Source: Octopus sinensis
Lineage: Eukaryota
Direction of reading: 5' to 3'
Assembly (NCBI RefSeq): GCF_006345805.1
Contig: NC_042999.1
Coordinates: 83,576,001-83,640,000 of the forward strand
DNA: 64,000 nt
The notes beneath the pieces are model-generated. The model was given only the letters and a program-made list of their open reading frames with translations, did not search any database and had not been told where the DNA came from. Below, piece by piece: positions 52,711 to 64,000 of the stretch; within the stretch, counting starts at the first letter, position 1, and each line of letters starts with the position of its first letter. Position numbers and translations under genes: made by a program.

Positions 52711-53115
52711 CATTATTATACTATTCACACTTTTATGCTGGAATCGTGCCAGTCTAGAAAGTGGCTTGAACACAGAATGTATATTGAGAGTAAATCAACT
52801 ACATCGTAGAAGAGCCATTCTAGCCATTTAGTAACTCACAAAACCTGCTAAAATCACATTTTATTTGTTACAGGAAATGAAAAAAATTGCACAACACTAA
52901 CTTTTTTCATGGACATGGAACTGTTTGAAAATTTGGTTAATGATCAGTTCTTATATAATTCAGTTTTCTTTTATTTGCCTTGATATTTTGATTCTTTATC
53001 TTCCGTAATGAAATAGACGTTTTGGCTGCTGAATTCATGTGGACATCACTCGTCTGTAGGCCTTCGTTAGTCATTTACAATTTCGATTTTCTTTCTTTTT
53101 TGCTTGTCAGCAACA

Positions 53116-53150
<35 letters not shown>

Positions 53151-53879
53151 TATCTGTCTGTCTGTATGTATGTATAAATCTTTGTTAATCCAGAAGTGAA
53201 ATATTACAGGACTCAATAAAAGAACATTTTTAGATACAATATAACTGAAAGTCACTAATTTCCAGTACTCTGAGTAGCTCGTTTCCGATCATCAGCTGGT
53301 AAACCGAGTCTGGTTTCTTTTGAATACCCACTGTCTGAATATCTTTTATAAATTTGAAATAAAAGCTTGAAGAATTTGTTTGCCGTTATGTACTCTCGTT
53401 TAAAAACATTTGTGAATAACGTGTACGAAAACGGCTGCTTCAAGTTCACGCTTTTTATCTCATTTCTGGTTCTACTGATTATATTATTATAAACATCACA
53501 AACTCCATACAATAGAAGTCATGAAATCACACTGCTGTTTAAGCATTGTTCCAAAATAATGCTTTTAAATAATACTTTTAATTAATACATTTAATTAATG
53601 TTCTTTTCAAAATCAATGTGTGTGTGCGGGCGTTCACTTTGCATGTTCCTGTGCAGACGCATAGATATGTACACATGTACACTCATAGGCACACACATAT
53701 ACACAGAAATATATATATTGCTACATACATATATACATACATATATACATACATATATACATATACACATATGCTTATATACATATACTCACATATAGAC
53801 GGAGACATACATATTAAAACATTAAACATATACCAATAAAACCTATTAATTAAACATTTCGTCAGCTAAATTTTTTTCT

Positions 53880-54330
53880 GAACGAGAATGAAATTCAAAG
53901 AGGTTTGTATTTGCATAAAAGATACTTAGCCGTTTGCATACAAGGCGTTAACAGTTCGTTTCTTTTCTTCAAACTATCGGTGCCTTGAGCCAAATTTGAA
54001 GCTCCTGTTCCTGTAACGCTGCGTTTTAGCTACAACAGAACAGATCATTTTGAATTCCTGTGGACCTGTCTCACGTAATAACTATACAAACATCGAGAGC
54101 TGTAGCACATTTTCTACCCAGGCTGACAAATGAATGCTTACGCTTGTAATAACATTTATTTTTAGTGCGATTTCCGTTGCCCCAATATATGTATACTATC
54201 GACCTTACCAGACAATTACCATCAGGTGGACACTTCTCACGAATTCTACAATTGCATGATACCTGTTGGCTAGGTGTTTGCATCTCTATTGTATTCTGAT
54301 ATAATACCTGAAATATTTGCAAACTGAATA
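53880..54330 (-). mobile_element. PLE remnant of a second type (CNCR-linker / GIY-YIG C-terminus)
   Basis: SCNCRIREKCPPDGNCLVRSIVY (ORF 54071..54322) and downstream SLKKRNELLTPCMQTAKYLL. Confidence 0.65.
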
Positions 54331-55059
54331 CCTAACCTTAACACAGTTCCTATTCAATATTTTCCTATACTTATACCCAGGCGGAAAATGGTGATCTATT
54401 AAATTCAGAAGTTCTCTAGCTAGAGAAAATTAAAAGGAATATCATGGGAGAATTGAAGAATTGCAACATTTATGTAAGTTCTAATGTATGATTTTATTCA
54501 TTTAAACGCTCCAGCCCTAAGGCCGTGACCATGCTGTGTATATATGTGTGTAAATATATATATATGTACACTCCGCCATATATATATATATGTATATATA
54601 TACTGTCCCGTGTAAAAAGTGATTTCTTCGAGCATTAAGTGTAAAGAATTTTCTTTGGAAGCGTAAAAAAATAAATAAACACTTTTCGACTTTTTGAACA
54701 TCTCTCGATTAATTGATTCTTTCTTAAAATGATTTTTTAGAATGAATGTATTTTTGCAAAGTTGCCATTTATATAGTTATTTGAAGCTTGAAATTCAAAG
54801 TAGCTCCAGTCCAAAAGTAACAAAGTGCGGTACGCACCACACTAGACGTAAAACACAATGGCGTAAACAAATACGCCTACTGTTGGACCCCCTCCAACCC
54901 CAGAAAAAAAACTCACACAAATACAACAAAATTTCACAGACTTGGAATGTATAATAGATGTGAAAATTAAACAGACAGCGCAACAAGCATAAAGATTTGC
55001 AGTTGCACAATGGGAAACACAAAAGCGATTAGTGTTAGAAACATTAATTTAAAGTAATG

Positions 55060-55122
<63 letters not shown>

Positions 55123-55489
55123 TAGTAGTAGTAGATAATAGAAACGTGTTGGTAGAAAAACAAATAGATAAGAATCCGGTGAAAAGTTATAAATAAAACA
55201 TTTAGTTGCTCCTTTAAACCGCATGTTGTTTCCTCTTGTATAAATATTCATGGGTTATATTCTACTTTGTACGTTAGTTTTTCCACGCTGGATGAAATAA
55301 ATACATAACTGAAGATGTAGAAGAACAAATATTGTGTATTAAAGGAAGTTATATCAAAGAGGGTGAGAGAAAATTGAAAGGAATGTCATGGGAGAATTGA
55401 AGAATTGCAACAGTTATGTGTGTAGTAAAATACGTATGTATGTATGTATGTATGTATGTATGTATGTATGTATGTATGTATGTATTATT

Positions 55490-55700
55490 TTATTCTTTTA
55501 CTTGCGGCCACGCAGAAGCACCGCTTTGAAGGGTTTTAGTCTGACAAATCGACCCGAGGACTTTTTAAGCCTAGTACTTATTCCATCGGTCTCTTACGCC
55601 GAACCGCTTGTGTGTTACGGGGAGTTAAACACACCTATACCGGTAGTCAAGCGGCTTTGGTGGTGGTGGTGGGGGGGGGGGCAACACAGACACAGACAGA
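55490..55700 (-). mobile_element. SINE 3' body, same family as 17555..17745
   Basis: Shared cctagtacttattc.atcggtctc...gccgaaccgct...gtcaagcg blocks. Confidence 0.7.
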
Positions 55701-55925
55701 CAGACTGACATACACACAAATATATGTATATCATGACTGCCACTTTCGGCTGTTTACGGTCGCTGTCAATATGTATGTATACAATTATGTGCGTTGACTG
55801 CAGCATCAGAGCACGTCGGCTCTTATTTCTTACACTGTAGGTTTTTTAGCACCCTATGTGATATTTAATGACAATTATAGCTTTCCACTTAGGTGGTACA
55901 TTTCTAAACTGCTGCCTAATTTAAT

Positions 55926-56036
<111 letters not shown>

Positions 56037-56037
56037 T

Positions 56038-56072
<35 letters not shown>

Positions 56073-56194
56073 TACGATGAACTTCTTTCACTCACAAGGC
56101 TTTGGTCTGCTCGAGATTACAGTAGAAGACACTTGCCAAAGGTGCTACCTAGTCGGACTGAACCTGCAACCATGTGATTTGAAAGCCATTCCTG

Positions 56195-56236
<42 letters not shown>

Positions 56237-56309
56237 GTGTGTGTGTGGTGTGTGTGTGTGTGGTTGTTGTCTACTTTTGATACAGACTTTGACCACCTCC
56301 TGTACCTAC

Positions 56310-56670
56310 ACCCTTGAACCATCATGGCATCTGATGTGGCTTTTAAACCAGACAATGTTCTGAAAAGACACCCACATAGATTGCATATTCGATTTGGACC
56401 ACCAATAGCTGCAGATTAGTTCTGATCTTTGTGAATCTTAAAATGTTTTTTGAGGCCTCCGTTAGGTTCGCAAACCTTCTAGCATACATTGCATTCAAAG
56501 GTGTGCACAGACATATAGGCAGGATAGTTGGTGGAAGTTAGTTTTCCATGGGTTTGCAAATGAGATTTTAGCCCAGCAAAAGAAACGCACGGTCATTGTG
56601 ATTCACCTTCTAGATTGTAACATTCTTCCTTAAATCTCTTTTGAGTTTTATCTCATCACAATATCTTTTG
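56310..56670 (-). pseudogene. RTE-type ORF C-terminus with three tandem C2H2-type fingers (disrupted)
   Basis: One frame from 56640: PCVSFAGLKSHLQTH...FECNVC*KVCEPNGGLKKHFKIH...RICNLCGCLFRTLSGLK/(frameshift)SHIRCH; ctcaaa(a)agagat.taaggaagaa.gttacaatc.agaagg shared with the RTE copy at 26.57 kb. Confidence 0.7.
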
Positions 56671-58558
56671 AGATTTCGACTACTGTAAGAAAGTGGAATT
56701 TCTTTTATCTTTTTTCTTTCCAGCACCTTTCCCTCAGTTTTTTCTTTGCAGCATCTTTCACTCGTTTTTTTTTAGCTGTTGTAACTTAATTGTTACCCGA
56801 CTTTTAAGGTAGCACACAACGCAGCACTTTTTCTTTTCATTGTACTAAACATTTTTGTTAGCACTCTTGTTTGTTTTGTTTTGTTTTGATTTTTGAAAAT
56901 TTAATATCTTCTTCATTTAGGTATTACTTCCAGATATTCAGCCTGTCTTTGTTTTCTGAAGCTAATTCTACGGGGTTCAATATACCTCTCGGTGCTGGCT
57001 CTTCAAATATATCATAGACAACTTCTAATAATATTACACTTCGTTCTTCTGTATGGCTCATCTTTGACTGAATGAAGTTAGAAAGCTGGTTTTGGTCTTA
57101 AAATGACCATAAAACTTCCTCTATTCCTTTCACATACGTAAAATTATTCATTTATGTATGCGTGATTCTCATTTTGTAGAATATACCAGTACTACGAAAC
57201 GGTTCACCGCATTGCATATTTTAGCTATAATACCTAGAAAAAAAACATACAGAGACCCCCCTACAAAGGCATTGTTTGTGTTTTAATATACTAAGGTAAG
57301 TACCTTTAAGAAGTAAGACAAGAAAGTAAGATAACAGCCCATTAGCTTTATGATGGTAACGAGGAATATTAGAAAGCCGTAACATCTCGAAAACGATACA
57401 GGGACCACACCAAAGTTATTGATTGAGCGTTTGTGCTTACGATGGTGTGTTACTAAACTCTCCGATCCGAGTTTGGGTGAGAGAGCGTCGTATCAATAGC
57501 GTCGAGGTACAATTTTTTCAGCCGGATTTTCGACCTTATTACAAGCCTCACCGGTTATTCTTCCCAACTTTTTCGGATTGTAGAGGTCGGGACAAAAAAG
57601 AAGAAAAAAGAAAAAAAGAATGACATACTAACCTCAAAAATAGCCGAAGTGGCGCTTATGACACTTACTAAATGACTCATTTAAAACTGTGTATGATGTT
57701 TCCAACTACACAGTACATGTACATTTTTTTTACATTTTTTATTTTTAGTGGTGATAAGGTTGTTGTTTATTTTCCCTCAGGTAAACCATTTTTGAGCAAA
57801 TTTATTATTGAAGGTATTTCCTCAATGACAATCATATCTCCCTAGATACATCTAGGACTATATTATCTGATGTGGCTTCTATTATTTTAATATGGTGTGG
57901 TCTGGCTTCAAGGAGATTTGGCTGATATTATCAACAGGGTGAGTAACCACGTAACATCGGCCCGTTTGGTTTGTGCTTCTTTAGACAAATATCTGTTCTA
58001 TATAAGATACTATCCTGTTACAGGTAACTTTTCCAGAATATCTGTTTTTCTTTAGAAAAGTTTTTTCATAACTTTAACTCCTAATTCTCTTTTAGACAAA
58101 AAGAAACCTGGCTTCCAGTCTCTATCTGTGTCTATGGCTCCAAGACAATTTACATTCCGCAAAAAATCAAGTTCCCGAGCTGAAAATATGTTGTGTAGGC
58201 TGGATCAATGAATAGCGATATTGTTCTATAACTGATGAAGATTTTCGTAAACTTGCTTACCTGAGTAGAAATGTTTTTGATAGCGTGCATTTATTGTTGT
58301 TTTATAGCCCTAGATCAGTCATCATTGAGTAGACTTGTGATCAATGTGTGATCAAAGGCATTTCAATAGAGACCTTCGTTACTTTTCGTCTAACCTGAAC
58401 TATATTACCCGAATGTAGGGAACGATATGAAGAAGGTTCGGTTGGTACTTTATATAATCGAACATGTAGATAACAGATGTGAAAAACACGTTGTTTTTTA
58501 ACTCTGTGCCCCAACCCAAAAGTTGAAGAGAAGCCTAAAAAGTTTCAGCTAATATTAT

Positions 58559-58621
<63 letters not shown>

Positions 58622-58624
58622 ACA

Positions 58625-58662
<38 letters not shown>

Positions 58663-59621
58663 TACATACAGACGCACGCACACACACACACGGACGCACG
58701 CACGCACGCACGCACACAAACATATATATATGTATACGCATACATACATATATATATATGTGTGTGTACATATATAAGCATACACAGACACATATATAGG
58801 TATATACATCCATATACATTTTTAATATATTACAAAACTACCAGCCCTAATACATGACGCCAATAAACTTAACTTGTATATGATTATATATTAAACAAAT
58901 CACAGTCCATTATATATACACACCTTATATATACACATACATATTTACATATACCCCACAGTTATAATATAAATAATATAATGTGTATCACGTTAGTATT
59001 TTATTTTCTCTTCAATATATATTTCATTCTATAATGCGTATCACACATTAATATATACGATACTTTTAGTTTTATTACGTGTTAGATAGTGGTGATATCA
59101 AAAATTCAAAGACAAATCTAATTACGATAAATCTCTTTTAAGAATTCCTCCCGGACATCATTGATGCCGAGAATAATAATAATATTGAAGTCAATTATAT
59201 ACATGTATACACACACATACACACTCACACGCACACACGCACGCACGCGCACACACACAAACCCGTACATACACATATAACTCTAACATATATATATATA
59301 TATCTGCATACACACACGCATATACATATATGTATGAATGTGTGTGTATGATTGTCTGTATTATTTATGTATGTCGTTTATTTCCACCCATGTTATGTTG
59401 CTGCACATAGGTATGTCCAGTTTTCCTTGCAGAATATTAGGGTTTCTTTTTTTTCTTTCTAACTAAAATAATTGTTTGCCCCATCGCAAAACTTTCTGAA
59501 TTCCTTAAAAAAAGGTAGAAAGGAAGTGAACGTGTAGTTTATCAATGGTCCTTCTTAGAGTCTAACGTAGACGATTCTGAGAGAAAGATGGGGGGGGGGG
59601 AGAAAGACACCGACACCCAGA

Positions 59622-59655
<34 letters not shown>

Positions 59656-59826
59656 AAGAAAGAAAGAAAGAGGGAAAGAGAGAGAGAGAGAGTAAGAGAA
59701 AGACAAAAAGAAGAAGAGAGAAACAGAGAGAAATGGAGAGGAAGATAGACAAATTTCACACAATACTTATTTGATACTTTAGTTACCGAACTCACAAACA
59801 GGAAATTGAGAAGTGGTTGCACACAC

Positions 59827-59859
<33 letters not shown>

Positions 59860-60074
59860 TCACATATGCTTTAAAATAGATTTCCTTTTTTGCTGTCTTT
59901 CTGGAATCGAAGGTTTCTTACTGACGAAAATCACTTTTTATTTAAAAGGATTCGTAATAGAAACGACAAGATTTTAAGTCTCGTGAACTCCAAAAACTTC
60001 ATTACAAAATTCCTTTACACAGCTCTCCGGTGTTGAGTGCTCTCCACTAACTTCGTTACTAATGTAAGTATCAA

Positions 60075-60422
60075 AACAGGGTAAAGAACCCCTTCGGTCA
60101 TGAATGACGATGGGATTGTACTCTGAAAGTTACCCCTCCAAGGCACAAGTCCGGGAAAAGGTTGTTTGTGAAAGACCAGCAGTCGCCCATGCATACCGGC
60201 CTTCTCTCTCCCCGCCACCGATATTATCCAAGGGAAAGATAGAAGACGATACCTCTTGGCGCCAGTGACGTCGCAACTCATTTCTACAGCTGAGTGAAAC
60301 AGAGCAACGTGAAATAGTGTCTTCGTCAAGAATACAACACAACACATAGCTCTGTCCGGGAATTGAACTCACTGTCACATGATTGTGAGCCCGACACTCT
60401 AACCACTGAGCCAATCAGCTTC
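60075..60422 (-). mobile_element. Full-length tRNA-derived SINE
   Basis: Minus-strand head tggctcagtggttagagtgtcgggctcacaatcatgtgacagtgagttcaattcccgg (A and B boxes). Confidence 0.85.
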
Positions 60423-60429
60423 ACAATGT

Positions 60430-60474
<45 letters not shown>

Positions 60475-60497
60475 CATATATATGTATGTATGTATAT

Positions 60498-60772
60498 ATA
60501 TCAAATGGGTAATCTGAAATATTAGAAATTTCCATTAACATTGGCCTAGCGTGAAAGAAATTTTTTCATTCCATTCGAAATTTTATCCCTTATAGTGATT
60601 TGGAATTTAACTGTCCCCTCTAGCGTGCATGTAGTCCTATGTTGGATATCTCTTTTGTGTTTAAATGTACACTGTATTTATATGAATAATATATAGTCTA
60701 TTAACGCAATTTTTTACACGCTAGGCCACTGGTAATGGAAATTTCTAATATTTCAGATTACTCTTTTGATAT
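60498..60772. mobile_element. MITE-like element with ~60-bp TIRs
   Basis: gtaatctgaaatattagaaatttccatta...tggcctagcgtg mirrored by cacgctaggcca...taatggaaatttctaatatttcagattac. Confidence 0.85.
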
Positions 60773-61147
60773 TATTAATTATTGATAAATTTTTCTTGGA
60801 TAATTTTTGAAATGAGAAAGCCGGCATATTTATTTACTGCCGACAGGGAGCTACACTTGCACGGGGCATATACTGGATTGCCTCGCGTATATATATTTAA
60901 TCTAAGGTGTACCTGCTGAAGAAGGCTTCGCCTAGCAAATTATTTTATTTGCTAGAAAAAAAAAAGTCTGAAACCATTGGTCCAGGAGTTAAATGGCAAA
61001 TATTTTTATTTTCCATTCCATTCGAAATTTTATCCCTTATAGAGGCTTGGGACTTAACTGTTCTCTCTAGCGTGCGGGTAGTCCCATGATGGATACCTCT
61101 TTTGTGTTTAAATGTACACTGTATTTATATGAATATATATATATATA

Positions 61148-61185
<38 letters not shown>

Positions 61186-61274
61186 TATATAATATGTATA
61201 TATATATGTATACATATATACATACATACACACACACACATTCTTTTTTTTTCTTTTTTTTTTTTTTCTTTTTC

Positions 61275-61405
61275 TTGTTTCAGTCAGTTGACTGCGGCCA
61301 TGCTGGAGCACCGCCTTTAGTCGAGCAAATCGACCCCGGGACTTATTCTTTTGTAAGCCCAGTACTTATTCTATCAGTCTCTTTTGCCGAACCGCTAAGT
61401 GACGG

Positions 61406-61410
<5 letters not shown>
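61275..61410 (-). mobile_element. SINE 3' body, same family as 17555..17745
   Basis: tcagtcagttgactgcggccatgctggagcaccgcctttagtcgagcaaatcgacccc. Confidence 0.8.
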
Positions 61411-61454
<44 letters not shown>

Positions 61455-61466
61455 TATATATATGAT

Positions 61467-61657
61467 ATTAATGTAGACTCACCTTGTATTCAATATTTTG
61501 GAGTTATGACCCCATTTTCAGGAAATTGACAAATATTGCCGATGCGCATGTGTGTGAGACACATGCTCACACACACGTGCATCGGCAACATTTGTCAATT
61601 TCTTGAAAATTGGATCATAACCTCGAAATATTGAATACAAGGTGAGTCTACATTAAT
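61467..61657. repeat. Foldback palindrome, ~90-bp arms
   Basis: attaatgtagactcaccttgtattcaatattt...gtgtgtgag mirrored by ctcacacac...aaatattgaatacaaggtgagtctacattaat. Confidence 0.92.
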
Positions 61658-61766
61658 TCACATATTTGTTTTCTTGTGATCTACCTTGCATTTACTTCAC
61701 ATTGCTTTGGCCTTACGCACGATCCAATATACAATATATTCTATTCAATGATTTTTAGTAATTATT

Positions 61767-61809
<43 letters not shown>

Positions 61810-61827
61810 CATACATACATACATACA

Positions 61828-61861
<34 letters not shown>

Positions 61862-62394
61862 CATACATACTTATATACATACATCATACATACATATATA
61901 TATGTATATATAAATCGATAATAAAGTAAATTGGTAAGTATTTAGTGAATATTATTCCAAGGTGAACGTTTAATTGTTTTAGGTCAAGGAATTCCCCTCG
62001 TATGAGTGGGAAAATTACTAAAAGTAAATGTTTAAACGCCATGGAAGTAATTTGTGTACGTAGACTAAAGATTTATGAATATCGATACAAACTGATGGTG
62101 GTGTAAATTTCTAGTGTTTAATTGATATCTACGATACTTTGAGTTTTATTGTGTATTGGTATGTAGACAATATCTACATTTCAAAGACAAATCCAATAAT
62201 GATAAATCTCTTTTAAGAATTCCTCACGGACAACATTGAGGCCACTTCGACAATTACCTGCTTAAATTCGGTGAATTTACACAATGCCACACCATATCAT
62301 TTCCAACATTACTCTGATATATTTATCTAATAAATATTTGTCTGTGTGTGTGTAGGTATGTATAAATAAATTTGTAAATATATATATATGTATA

Positions 62395-62416
62395 TATGCA
62401 TATACATACATACATA

Positions 62417-62469
<53 letters not shown>

Positions 62470-62557
62470 TATATATTATATATATATACATGTATACATA
62501 CTACATACATACATACATACTTACATACGTATGTACATACATACATACTTACATACA

Positions 62558-62588
<31 letters not shown>

Positions 62589-62630
62589 CATACATACATA
62601 CATAGTATGTACAAAACATTACATACATAC

Positions 62631-62661
<31 letters not shown>

Positions 62662-62972
62662 CATACGTACATACTTGCATACATACATACATAACTACAT
62701 ACATACATACATACTTACATCCATAATACATACATACATACCTCATACATACATACATGTATACATACATACATACATACATACTACTTACATACGTATG
62801 TACATACATACATACTTACATACATAACATACATACATACATACATACATACATACATACATACCGTATGTACAACATACATACATACATACATACATAC
62901 ATACATACATACATACATACATACGTACATACTTGCATACATACATACATACATACATACATACATACATAC

Positions 62973-63003
<31 letters not shown>

Positions 63004-63076
63004 CATACATACATGTATACATACATACATACATACATACATACATACTTACATACGTATGTACATACATACATAC

Positions 63077-63107
<31 letters not shown>

Positions 63108-63245
63108 CATACATACATACATACATACATACATACATACGTACATAATACATACATACATACATACATACATACATACATACATACATACATACATACA
63201 TACATACATACATACATACATACGTACATACTTGCATACATACAT
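62395..63245. repeat. Long (CATA)n tract with higher-order variant periodicity
   Basis: Variant block atgtatac...cttacatacgtatgtacatac recurs near 62490, 62757 and 63013. Confidence 0.9.
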
Positions 63246-63758
63246 ATGTGAGATCCAGAGATGTTCAATATAGAACTCACATAGTAGTGCTCAACTTATC
63301 AGGATTCTGCCGATCTTTCCATCTAGGTTGAATAACCTTCAATGTTTGCACTATCCAACTGCCAATTATGAACATTACAACTATTACGCAACCACAAGCC
63401 CCGAGAAATAACTGTCTGACTTAAAATACCATGCTTTCACCACATAGTCTTCTGTATGTTTTGTACGTCATGTAGATCTATTTATTTTGTCATATATAAA
63501 TATATATATGCTTATGCATCAAGTATTCACCTTCTGAGCATGTTCAGCTTTTGTTTCTCTCTCTCTCTGTATATCATTATATATATTCCAATGTGTATAT
63601 GTACGTATCTAGATTTTATATATGAAGCCCAAGCATAATTATCTGTATCGCTATCTCTCTCTCTCTCTTTATATATATATATATATGAGTGTGCGTGTGA
63701 GTAGATCGTCAGAGAGAGAGAGAGAGATATACAGACAGGCAGATAGATTGATATGTGC

Positions 63759-63817
<59 letters not shown>

Positions 63818-64000
63818 CTATATATATATATATATATATATATATCTGTATACTTAATATATATATATGTGTGTGTGTGTGGACTTGTGGTAAGAATCTT
63901 GCTTCCCAATCAAATGATTCCGGTTTCCGCCTCACTGCATGACACTTAACGGTTCGGCAAAAGAAAAGGATAGAATATGTACCAGGCTTGAAAAAGAAGA

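Noticed and set aside
53270-53310. Hammerhead-like cugaugaucggaaacgagcua (minus)
   Set aside because: No stem II and no convincing stem I or III; possibly a deleted remnant.
58220-58250. cugaugaagauuuucguaaac
   Set aside because: GAAA box disrupted and no stem I; compatible with chance.

Overview
Eukaryotic, AT-rich, extremely microsatellite-dense, repeat-dominated DNA. The repeat families look like those of an octopus/coleoid cephalopod (inference from my recognition of the SINE and microsatellite landscape, not a database result). Almost all ORF-track entries are microsatellite artefacts and no host gene can be called with confidence. Supportable content: a 5'-truncated but nearly intact Penelope-like element (RT + GIY-YIG, one frameshift, ~245-bp inverted terminal repeats); further PLE remnants; RTE, R4/Dong-type and L1/Tx1 LINE fragments; a Mutator (MULE) element; hAT remnants; many tRNA-derived SINEs; foldback/MITE palindromes; local tandem duplications. 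The main unexpected signal is 13 minimal type I hammerhead-ribozyme motifs. They fall into a canonical CUGACGA class, a U3-A8 covariant class (UUGAAAA, in PLE termini), a family-wide A6U class (CUGUNGA, in ~200-bp non-autonomous elements embedded in (TA)n), and one decayed AUGAUAA copy. Activity of these motifs is inferred from sequence only and is untested.
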